A program made the position numbers and the translations under genes. The notes under the pieces were generated by a model that did no database searches, was not told the DNA's origin, and was given only the letters and a program-made list of their open reading frames with translations. From a virus (lineage: Duplodnaviria; Caudoviricetes), in the IMG/VR virus record IMGVR_UViG_3300034116_001288, positions 1-61,242 of that record: a DNA stretch of 61,242 nucleotides; one strand, written 5' to 3'. Shown here piece after piece: positions 36,554-43,966 of the stretch; within the stretch, counting starts at the first letter, position 1; every line of letters begins with the position of its first letter.

Positions 36554-36834
36554 TCTGCCTTTGTTGCCCTCCCATCAATTTCGTCTGCGAGCTGCACCGC
36601 TCAGGCAAATCGCCTAATTCGGTCGCGATTGGCAGCAGATTAGGCGTTGATTGCCCGTGGAATCCCGACGACCTGCCGGCGCGTCTGCGAGGCTACGGCC
36701 ACCGGATGGCCGATCAAGACGGCGGAAGCGGCGAAGAGTGGATCACGCCGCAGGAAGATCTGGAGGCGCAAATGATCGAGGCGGCTCGCGTCCTGCTCGA
36801 TGCGGTCGAGATCGAGGTAGCAGAAGGGTTTTAA
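36550..36834 (+). CDS. Hypothetical protein
   Basis: ATGA-coupled, Cys-rich N-terminus. Confidence 0.45.
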   Translation: MICLCCPPINFVCELHRSGKSPNSVAIGSRLGVDCPWNPDDLPARLRGYGHRMADQDGGSGEEWITPQEDLEAQMIEAARVLLDAVEIEVAEGF

Positions 36835-36849
36835 TCTTTTCTCTCTTGT

Positions 36850-36892
36850 CCTTAAAAAAATCCCTTGCCATTTTTAAGGGAGGTGACAGAAT
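36850..36892 (+). promoter_or_regulatory. Early sigma70-like promoter with inverted repeat around -35
   Basis: TTGCCA-16nt-CAGAAT. CCTTAAAAA...TTTTTAAGG arms flank the -35, with a hairpin at ~36896-36921. Confidence 0.6.
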
Positions 36893-36935
36893 TCCCTCGT
36901 CAGCGGATGAGCCGCCGACGAAAACAAAAGAGAGC

Positions 36936-37346
36936 ATGAGAATTAAAGTTAGCATTCAGAACAACGCAGCGATCAACGCGGAACTCCTCAAGGTAAACGG
37001 CAAGGCGGAATCGTTTACGGTGACCTGCACCAAGCAGATTTTTGAAGCGATCAATGGCGCGGAGCGCAAACTGTCTGCGATCCCCAAGGCGAAGTGGAAG
37101 GGCGCGAAGGTCATGTTCCGCCCAGCGGGACCGTCCGCGAACTCTTACAAATACAACGCGAAAAGCACCCGCGTCTACATTGAGCGCGGCGCAACGGATT
37201 GGTTTTTGGTCAACATCCAGCCCGATGCGGTCAGTCCGAAGGAGAAAGAGTTTTTGCACATTACGATCTCTGCCGATCAAGCCGCAGAGATTCAGCGCCG
37301 CGCAATCGCAGATTTCAGCGTCCAACTTCAAACCCAAGCAGCATGA
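36936..37346 (+). CDS. Hypothetical early protein
   Basis: First ORF after the promoter, A-rich leader. Confidence 0.75.
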   Translation: MRIKVSIQNNAAINAELLKVNGKAESFTVTCTKQIFEAINGAERKLSAIPKAKWKGAKVMFRPAGPSANSYKYNAKSTRVYIERGATDWFLVNIQPDAVSPKEKEFLHITISADQAAEIQRRAIADFSVQLQTQAA

Positions 37347-37495
37347 TTCTAAACATTGAAATTCCAGACGAGGAGGGCGCGATGCTCGACGCTCTTGCGC
37401 AAGAGCAGGACCGGAGCCGCTCCGCACAAGCTCGCCGCTTGCTTATGCGAGCTATTCGTTCCGCCGCAAATCAACCAGAGGAGGACGAAGCATGA
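37343..37495 (+). CDS. Ribbon-helix-helix (CopG/Arc-like) regulator
   Basis: LNIEIPDE...LDALA...RSRSA.AR.LL..AI. Confidence 0.75.
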   Translation: MILNIEIPDEEGAMLDALAQEQDRSRSAQARRLLMRAIRSAANQPEEDEA

Positions 37496-37761
37496 GCATT
37501 CTTCAAAATCGAAAAGCGGATAACCTCCGCGCACGCATGGAGGAGTTCCTCTCATTCTCATCGGCGGATTCCGTCGCCGACATGTTCAACCGAGCTTTCG
37601 AGGCTGGAGTCGCTGCCAAATCGGACGCGGATTATTTCGCGATGAGAGACGCCCTTGAACGCGCTCGCGCTCGCTACGAGGCCCAGCGGAGAACTGAGCC
37701 TGTCGCATTTTTCGACGTTGCCCCTGGAACTCTCATCCACATCGCTTCAAATGCACTTTGA
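37492..37761 (+). CDS. Hypothetical protein
   Basis: ATGA-coupled. Confidence 0.6.
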   Translation: MSILQNRKADNLRARMEEFLSFSSADSVADMFNRAFEAGVAAKSDADYFAMRDALERARARYEAQRRTEPVAFFDVAPGTLIHIASNAL

Positions 37762-37848
37762 TCCCATGGACTTTCTCGTAAAGCTGCTGACAACGCTTGC
37801 CGTGTTCGCAGTTTGGAATGTGCCAGCCCTTTTCGATCTGATCTGGCC

Positions 37849-38055
37849 ATGATTCCTCATTCCGTTTCCGGCGTCGTCTCGCGCTACCTGCTCGACGGTC
37901 CCGAGGCCGAGAAAAGCGTCACGCTCGAGATCGAGCGATCCGAGATCGTTGCCGTGATCGACAACGAAACAGGGGAGGAACTCAATCCATCCGTTGTCGA
38001 GCGCCGCGACTACGACTACGCCATCGACGCGCTGATTCAGAAATCGCTGACATGA
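37849..38055 (+). CDS. Hypothetical protein
   Basis: ATGA-coupled chain of small ORFs. Confidence 0.55.
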   Translation: MIPHSVSGVVSRYLLDGPEAEKSVTLEIERSEIVAVIDNETGEELNPSVVERRDYDYAIDALIQKSLT

Positions 38056-38258
38056 AATCGAGCAAACGCAAACAAGGCGAAAGCGTTGAGGATTTTCAGC
38101 GGCGAATCGAAAACGCTAGATGGGCTGCGATTTCAAAACCGATTGATGACGCTGCCACAAAGACCGGCATGAAGGGCATTGGGCAAAGCCGGAATCTGAA
38201 ATGGCGCATAGCCGAAATGGAGCGGAAGGCCTTTGGAGCCGAGGAAGACAACTGGTAA
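38052..38258 (+). CDS. Hypothetical protein
   Basis: ATGA-coupled. Confidence 0.55.
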   Translation: MKSSKRKQGESVEDFQRRIENARWAAISKPIDDAATKTGMKGIGQSRNLKWRIAEMERKAFGAEEDNW

Positions 38259-38264
38259 ATCATT

Positions 38265-38507
38265 ATGAACATCGACCAACTACTCGCAAACCATGAACGC
38301 GAGACTGACAAGCTCATTGCCGAGATCCGCGCATTCCAGCGGCGTAAGCGCGAGTCATGCGATCACCTTGTTTACGACGGCTTTGCTGTCCAAGTGAGGA
38401 TGCTCAAGAACCTAGGCATCCGACTTCATTCTGTCGATGCCATCGAGGAGGCGCTTTACGCGCTGGCTCTCGATATTTTTCCCGACAACGGGCAGGGGCG
38501 CGACTGA
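38265..38507 (+). CDS. Hypothetical protein
   Basis: ORF in the early operon. Confidence 0.55.
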   Translation: MNIDQLLANHERETDKLIAEIRAFQRRKRESCDHLVYDGFAVQVRMLKNLGIRLHSVDAIEEALYALALDIFPDNGQGRD

Positions 38508-38537
38508 TACGCGAAAAATCAAAACCAAAAAAACAAC

Positions 38538-38714
38538 ATGGCTAACAAAAACACTCTCCAAAAACGCCGCATGATGGAAAAGACCTACAAGCGAGGCGTT
38601 GCGCTTGTGACTTCAAACAATAACCGATGGAAGGGCGAGAAGGTCGCGAACTACAACGAGGTTGTCGCTGAGATCCGCGAGACCACGAAGCGCCTTTATG
38701 GGCGGTCTGCGTGA
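38538..38714 (+). CDS. Small basic protein (58 aa, not in the ORF track)
   Basis: MANKNTLQKRR...YGRSA*, with a strongly A-rich leader. Confidence 0.55.
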   Translation: MANKNTLQKRRMMEKTYKRGVALVTSNNNRWKGEKVANYNEVVAEIRETTKRLYGRSA

Positions 38715-38755
38715 CAATGTCACGGCCAGTATTTAGAACCAAAAAAAAGAGACAA

Positions 38756-39508
38756 ATGAAAAACGAAATCACCGAAGCCCCTCGCACCATTAAGGGGCTG
38801 ATCAATTCCGAGGCCGTGCGTGCGCAGATTGCTCGCGCTTTGCCTTCCCACATGACGCCAGATCGCTTTCTGCGCGTTGCGACCACGCTCCTCCTTCGCT
38901 CCCCGAAGCTGGCAGAATGCTCGCAGGAAAGCTTTATGCGAGCCATGCTCGACTGCTCTAGCCTTGGCCTTGAACCGGATGGACGGCGCTGCCACCTGAT
39001 CCCCTACGGCAAAGAGGTCCAATTGATCGTCGATTGGAAGGGACTCGTCGAGCTGGCAAAGCGGAGCGGCGAGGTGGTTTCGTGGAAGGCCGAGACGGTC
39101 AAGGAGAACGATTCGTTTGAATGGGTCAACGGCGACATCCAGCACTCCGTCAACTGGCGGGAAGATCGCGGGAAGCTCCAAGCCGTCTACAGCATCGTGA
39201 AAATGTCCAACGGCGAGATCGACACCGAGGTGATGACGCTCGCGGAAGTCGAAGCGATTCGGAAACGGTCAAAGGCGAGCGGATCCGGCCCTTGGGTGAC
39301 CGATTTTGAGGAGATGGCCAAAAAGACCGTCATCCGACGCCACAGTAAGCGCCTGACGCTCTCGCCTGAGTTCCACGATGCGCTCGACAAGGACGGCGAC
39401 AAGCTCGCAGATATCCAGGTGAATCGAGCAGCCAACGAGGCCGCGAAGGTTTCCTTTTCCCAACCTGCCATTGAGGCGGAATCGACCGAGGTGAAGGAGG
39501 AGGCATGA
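38756..39508 (+). CDS. recT: RecT-family single-strand annealing recombinase
   Basis: ALP.H.TPDRF.RVA, L.ECS..S, LGLEP, HLIPY, WKGL.ELA.RSG, PW.TDFEEMAKKTVIRR. Confidence 0.93.
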   Translation: MKNEITEAPRTIKGLINSEAVRAQIARALPSHMTPDRFLRVATTLLLRSPKLAECSQESFMRAMLDCSSLGLEPDGRRCHLIPYGKEVQLIVDWKGLVELAKRSGEVVSWKAETVKENDSFEWVNGDIQHSVNWREDRGKLQAVYSIVKMSNGEIDTEVMTLAEVEAIRKRSKASGSGPWVTDFEEMAKKTVIRRHSKRLTLSPEFHDALDKDGDKLADIQVNRAANEAAKVSFSQPAIEAESTEVKEEA

Positions 39509-39936
39509 AAGACGTTTCCATCTACCACATCGATCACCTGGGTGGGAACCCAACCATCCGATTCAACCTCGCGGCGATTCGCCGCCTTCTTCCCGAGTAT
39601 CAGATCCGGAACTTTGATCTCACATCAAGGCAGCGAAAGAAGATGCAGCGCCGCGTCGATTTGTATGTTGGCCTTGGCGGCAAATGCGACTTTCAAACTG
39701 GCATCGACGCGACCGAGGAAAGGATCATTCCGGCGAGAGTGATCCCGGCCAAGGACGCGAAGATGGTTCGCGGGAAGCTTGTTCCAGCATCTAAGCGCGA
39801 GGTCATACCGGCACGGATTGAACCGGCCAAGCCCGAGATCCTCCCAAGCATCAACCACCTGCCCAATGATGATATTCTGGACAGGGCGCTTCGATTGGAT
39901 TTCGCAACTAAACCCAGAACGCTCGCCTCAGCATGA
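39505..39936 (+). CDS. Hypothetical protein with (V/I)IPA(R/K) repeats
   Basis: ATGA-coupled on both sides. Confidence 0.65.
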   Translation: MKDVSIYHIDHLGGNPTIRFNLAAIRRLLPEYQIRNFDLTSRQRKKMQRRVDLYVGLGGKCDFQTGIDATEERIIPARVIPAKDAKMVRGKLVPASKREVIPARIEPAKPEILPSINHLPNDDILDRALRLDFATKPRTLASA

Positions 39937-40574
39937 AAGAATTTCCAGACTGCACGATTTACTATTGCGAGCAACGCTCCGAGGAATGGCATGACCTTCG
40001 CCGTGGAGTATTGACCGCATCGAACTTCGGGCCGTGGCTTTTGGCCAAAGGCAAGGTTGCGGAAGGGGCGAGAGAGAAGGCGATTTGTAAGCTCATCAGC
40101 GAACGGGCCAAGTGTTGGCAGAATCCTAACTTTGAAAACGCGGCCATGCAACGCGGGACCGAACTGGAACCGCAGGCAGTTGCTGCGTTTGAAGGCGAGA
40201 CCGGGATCAAGGTCGCGGATGTTGGATTCTGCCTGTCCAAATTCGGGCGTTTCGGCTGTTCGCCGGATGGTCTGATCGTTGGTCAGTCGATTGGATTTGA
40301 AGGCAAGGTTCCGGTTCCCGAAACGCACATCCGATACCGTCGCGCAAACGAACTGCCGGAAGAATATCGTTTTCAAATTTATGGTTCACTCGCCGTGACG
40401 GGAGCCACAGGGGGATGGTGGTTTCAATCTTGGAATCCCGGCCTCGCCCCGCTCCGCATCCTCGTCGAACGCGATGAGTTTACGGAAAAGCTCAAAGCCG
40501 CACTGATCTCGTTCTCGGAGCAATACGAGGAAGCATGGGAGCAGGAGATTGCTGCAAACAAAAGAAAGGCATGA
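39933..40574 (+). CDS. YqaJ / lambda-exonuclease family nuclease
   Basis: QRSEEW...R.G.LTAS, M.RG.ELEP.A, GCSPDG, EGK, Y..Q. Confidence 0.92.
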   Translation: MKEFPDCTIYYCEQRSEEWHDLRRGVLTASNFGPWLLAKGKVAEGAREKAICKLISERAKCWQNPNFENAAMQRGTELEPQAVAAFEGETGIKVADVGFCLSKFGRFGCSPDGLIVGQSIGFEGKVPVPETHIRYRRANELPEEYRFQIYGSLAVTGATGGWWFQSWNPGLAPLRILVERDEFTEKLKAALISFSEQYEEAWEQEIAANKRKA

Positions 40575-41788
40575 TCAATGTGGATTGTTCCCAAACAACT
40601 CATATCGGCTTATGTGCCGGATATGGAGGCATTGAGCTTGGACTGCGTCGAGCAATCCCAACTCTGCGCTCAGTCGCTCTTTGTGAGATCGAAGCCTTCG
40701 CCTGTGCGAACTTGGTTGCAAAGATGGAAGCGGGACTCTTGGACTCAGCACCTATCTGGACGGATCTTAAAACCTTCCCATGGGAGAGCTTTCGAGATCG
40801 CGTGGACATCCTCACTGGAGGTTATCCCTGCCAACCATTTAGCTCCGCCGGGAAGAGAGCAGGATCAGACGACTCTCGACATCTTTGGCCCTTCATCGCA
40901 AGCGGAATTTCCATTCTTCGACCAAGGATCTGTTTCTTTGAAAACGTCGAAGGACATATCTCTTTGGGGTTGCCCAACGTCATCGAAGACTTGGCAGGAA
41001 TGGGTTACAGAACAACGTGGGGCATATTCTCAGCGTCTGAAGTCGGCGCGCCTCATCAACGGAAGCGGGTCTTTATCATGGCCCTCACCAGTAGCCTCGG
41101 AGGTGAGGCAGGGCTTTCAAGATCGCTCGCGTGGAATGAAAGGATCGCAGGAGTCTCTGACAACGGTAGTAGTGAAGAGTGCGGCGAATTGGCCGACGAT
41201 TCAGGCGAGAGACTATCGCTCAGTTACGGGCAACGAAATGGGTCAGCGGGACAACGCAATGCAGAACCTCAATGTTGCGGTTGCAATGCATGGCCAAGCC
41301 GCCCCGGCGAGCAGCAGTTCGCATGGGAGCCGCCAAGAGTTGTTGGTGGATTGGCGCACCCCGCAGGCCAACGAAGCAGGAGCGAGAGTGGAGACGCTTT
41401 ACACGAAGGATGGACAACCAGCGAGACCAGGCGAGAGAGCCTACCGCAAGACGCCGGATGGAAGGATGGTGCTGCAATCCCAGACAATAAATCAACAGGT
41501 GGAGATGGTTCAGGATTGGGCCACACCAACAGCTCGCGACCACAAGAGCGGCCGGGGCAACAACGAGCGGGAATACAAGGAACTGACTCCGATGGTGGAG
41601 AGGACACAGAAAGGCAAGTTAAACCCTCGCTGGGTCGAGACGCTGATGGGCCTGCCAATTGGCTGGACCATGCCCAGTTGTTCACAACCTGTGACAATCG
41701 AACTGACGAACTCCGACTTCTTGGAAACGGAGTTGTGCCAGCAACAGCAGAAAGAGCTTTTCGAGTGCTGATGGAGCAATTTGCATGA
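40571..41788 (+). CDS. DNA (cytosine-5) methyltransferase, alpha-type chain (motifs I-VIII and X)
   Basis: LCAGYGG, GGYPCQPFS, FENV, GAPHQRKRVF, LRLLGNGVVP. Confidence 0.9.
   Translation: MINVDCSQTTHIGLCAGYGGIELGLRRAIPTLRSVALCEIEAFACANLVAKMEAGLLDSAPIWTDLKTFPWESFRDRVDILTGGYPCQPFSSAGKRAGSDDSRHLWPFIASGISILRPRICFFENVEGHISLGLPNVIEDLAGMGYRTTWGIFSASEVGAPHQRKRVFIMALTSSLGGEAGLSRSLAWNERIAGVSDNGSSEECGELADDSGERLSLSYGQRNGSAGQRNAEPQCCGCNAWPSRPGEQQFAWEPPRVVGGLAHPAGQRSRSESGDALHEGWTTSETRRESLPQDAGWKDGAAIPDNKSTGGDGSGLGHTNSSRPQERPGQQRAGIQGTDSDGGEDTERQVKPSLGRDADGPANWLDHAQLFTTCDNRTDELRLLGNGVVPATAERAFRVLMEQFA
40578..41771 (+). CDS. Overlapping +1-frame polypeptide, putative beta chain of the C5-MTase (motif IX and TRD-like repeats)
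   Basis: 397 codons open inside the MTase, four W-x-(T/S)-x-x-A repeats, LNPRWVETLMGLPIGWT. Confidence 0.7.
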   Translation: MWIVPKQLISAYVPDMEALSLDCVEQSQLCAQSLFVRSKPSPVRTWLQRWKRDSWTQHLSGRILKPSHGRAFEIAWTSSLEVIPANHLAPPGREQDQTTLDIFGPSSQAEFPFFDQGSVSLKTSKDISLWGCPTSSKTWQEWVTEQRGAYSQRLKSARLINGSGSLSWPSPVASEVRQGFQDRSRGMKGSQESLTTVVVKSAANWPTIQARDYRSVTGNEMGQRDNAMQNLNVAVAMHGQAAPASSSSHGSRQELLVDWRTPQANEAGARVETLYTKDGQPARPGERAYRKTPDGRMVLQSQTINQQVEMVQDWATPTARDHKSGRGNNEREYKELTPMVERTQKGKLNPRWVETLMGLPIGWTMPSCSQPVTIELTNSDFLETELCQQQQKELFEC

Positions 41789-42102
41789 AACAATCCCCCA
41801 CCGCTCGCAGTCTGGCCCATCTGCGCAAAACGTGTCAGTTGGTCCAGGTTGTTGAGCGGTGGAACTCCTTCACCAAAACCCGTCACGATCTCTTTGGGAT
41901 CATTGACATCCTCGCAATCAGGGACGGTGAGACCGTAGCGGTGCAATCAACGAGCTGGAGTAACACAAAAAGCCGCATCAATAAAATGACCGAATCGGAT
42001 GCGCTAGAGCATCTGAGAAAAGCCGGATGGATCTTGCTAGTCCATGGCTGGAAAAAGAACAAAAACGGAAAATACGAACTTAAAGAAATCGACATATCAT
42101 GA
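41785..42102 (+). CDS. Small PD-(D/E)XK nuclease (resolvase-like)
   Basis: VE.W...DLFG.IDILAI....AVQ...HGW. Confidence 0.65.
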   Translation: MKQSPTARSLAHLRKTCQLVQVVERWNSFTKTRHDLFGIIDILAIRDGETVAVQSTSWSNTKSRINKMTESDALEHLRKAGWILLVHGWKKNKNGKYELKEIDIS

Positions 42103-42278
42103 AGGACTACCTTATCGGAATTCTCTGCCTGATCACAGGCTTGGGCTACGGGCTTGCCTTCTATTTCGCCCTCGAAATGGGAGCGCAACGGGACGAGAAA
42201 GATCGGGCTATCGCGGAACTGACTGAGGTGCGCGTCATGGCGGAGTGGTCCCGCTTCGACGAGGGGAGGGCGAAATGA
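42099..42278 (+). CDS. Small single-TM protein (59 aa, not in the ORF track)
   Basis: MKDYLIGILCLITGLGYGLAFYFAL..., ATGA-coupled on both sides. Confidence 0.55.
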   Translation: MKDYLIGILCLITGLGYGLAFYFALEMGAQRDEKDRAIAELTEVRVMAEWSRFDEGRAK

Positions 42279-42487
42279 GCGTCTCTGATTTCCTCGACAT
42301 GGCAGACGAAGTGCCGCGCTGGAAGAAGGACGCGAAACGATTGGGCATTGAAACCTTCTACGTTTTCGACATGTCTGATTCCTACTGGGAAGCATCAATT
42401 GAGCTTTTCGGCGAGGTTGAAACACAATGCGGAGAGACGGAGCGCGAGGCCGTGAACTCGTTGATGTTCAAACTGAAACTTGATTGA
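42275..42487 (+). CDS. Hypothetical protein
   Basis: ATGA-coupled. Confidence 0.55.
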   Translation: MSVSDFLDMADEVPRWKKDAKRLGIETFYVFDMSDSYWEASIELFGEVETQCGETEREAVNSLMFKLKLD

Positions 42488-42848
42488 TATGATAGAACAA
42501 AACGAACTACTAGAAGCCGCGTTGAAGCTCGCGGAATCGATCCGGCCCTATTCCCTCAGTGAAGAGGAACGCGCACTTATCGAGGTTATTGAGCAACACC
42601 GCCCGCAAGCGAAGAGGATAGAAGGCTGGATCAACCTTTATCATGATTCCAAACCCGGAGGAAGCATTTGGCCTACTGAGCAAGAGGCTAAACAAAATTG
42701 TGGCATTAACGGGGTGAGGCAGGTCCACATCCGCGAAGTCGTCTCTCTCGAGTGGAAGCCTTGGACCGTCGAAATGGTGAGGAATCACCGAAACTTTCAA
42801 GAGACTGCCGATTTGCACAACGCAGAGATGGAAAGGGTGACGAAATGA
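42480..42848 (+). CDS. Hypothetical protein
   Basis: Overlapping chain, EGWINLY motif. Confidence 0.6.
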   Translation: MIDMIEQNELLEAALKLAESIRPYSLSEEERALIEVIEQHRPQAKRIEGWINLYHDSKPGGSIWPTEQEAKQNCGINGVRQVHIREVVSLEWKPWTVEMVRNHRNFQETADLHNAEMERVTK

Positions 42849-43018
42849 ACGGAGACGGAAAAACCATCAGAAACCGCCGTTGGCAAAACAAGCAGATCGC
42901 CGCCGGTAGATGCGCGATATGCGCTAGGTTGGCCGTGCCGAATCGGACGCGATGCGAGATTTGCGCGGAGAACAACAGGCAATATCAGAGGGAATATCGC
43001 CAGCGGAATGGGCGATAA
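42845..43018 (+). CDS. Small CxxC-CxxC zinc-finger protein
   Basis: GRCAIC...RCEIC, Arg-rich. Confidence 0.6.
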   Translation: MNGDGKTIRNRRWQNKQIAAGRCAICARLAVPNRTRCEICAENNRQYQREYRQRNGR

Positions 43019-43024
43019 ATCGTC

Positions 43025-43084
43025 TTGCGAATCCAATTCATTTTGTTGAGCCTTTCCGTAACGCTTCACCGTTACAGTAACGTT
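43025..43084 (+). promoter_or_regulatory. Motif promoter variant with iteron-like boxes in the leader
   Basis: TTGCGA-N9-ATTTTGTTGAGC. CGTAACGC at 43057, CGTTAC at 43070, GTAACG at 43077. Confidence 0.55.
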
Positions 43085-43966
43085 ATGCCAAATTACACTA
43101 AGCTTTTTAACTCCATCATAACGTCCACGATCTGGACCGAGGATGACAAGACGCGCATCGTTTGGATTACGATGTTGGCAATCGCAGATCAAAACGGCGA
43201 GGTGCAGGCATCGATACCGGGTTTGGCCAGATTGGCGGCTGTCAGCATCAGTGACGCCGAGATCGCCATCTCTAAGTTCCTTGGGCCTGATCCTTACTCA
43301 CGGACTCCCGAGAATGACGGGCGTCGAATCGCCAAGATCGACGGGGGCTGGGAGCTTTTGAACCACGCGAAATACCGTAGGATGGCAAGTTTGGCCGAGG
43401 CTAAGGAGGCCAATTCTGAGCGGCAACGTCGCCACAGGGAGCGTAACGCCTCCGTAACGCACCGTAACGCTACCGTAACGCCTCAGACCGACAAAGCAGA
43501 AGCAGAAGTAAAAGCAGAGGCAGAAGCAGAAGCAGAAGCAGAAAAGAAAAAACAAAAGCATGAAAGCGGCTTTGCCGCTAGGTCGAGCAATGCTCGCCCA
43601 CAAAGCCGTGAGGAGTTTGATGCTTTTTTCCGCGACCTTGACCTTTACCCTCGCGATGCCGAGGGGACCTGGAACAAGTTTGAGGGCAATGGCTGGACCA
43701 ACGGCAGCAGGGAGATATTCTGCTGGAAATCAACGGTCGCTTCTTGGAAATCGCACGGCTACATGCCCAGCCAGAAAAGCCCGTCTGATTACGAGCCGCA
43801 ATGGCCAAGAGCGCAATCCGCCGCTGAGACGGCCCCCGAAGAAGAGGACGACCTCATGGCAAAGCTGATGCGGCACAAGGAGGCCGAGGCCCGAGAGGCG
43901 GCAGGAGATCACCCAGATTACTGGACAGATGAAGAAATCGAAAAAGAGGAGGCTGGATGCTTCTAA
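43085..43966 (+). CDS. Phage replication initiator / replisome organiser
   Basis: YTKLF.SI..STIW, WITMLA.AD, N..KY, ERQRRHRER, internal iterons, C-terminal NGW...W, upstream of the helicase. Confidence 0.75.
   Translation: MPNYTKLFNSIITSTIWTEDDKTRIVWITMLAIADQNGEVQASIPGLARLAAVSISDAEIAISKFLGPDPYSRTPENDGRRIAKIDGGWELLNHAKYRRMASLAEAKEANSERQRRHRERNASVTHRNATVTPQTDKAEAEVKAEAEAEAEAEKKKQKHESGFAARSSNARPQSREEFDAFFRDLDLYPRDAEGTWNKFEGNGWTNGSREIFCWKSTVASWKSHGYMPSQKSPSDYEPQWPRAQSAAETAPEEEDDLMAKLMRHKEAEAREAAGDHPDYWTDEEIEKEEAGCF
43442..43560 (+). other. Putative replication origin: four CGTAACGC iterons plus a purine-rich GCAGAA tract
   Basis: Repeats at 43442, 43453, 43463 and 43474 (10-11 bp spacing) inside the initiator gene, as in lambdoid ori. 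Confidence 0.65.
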
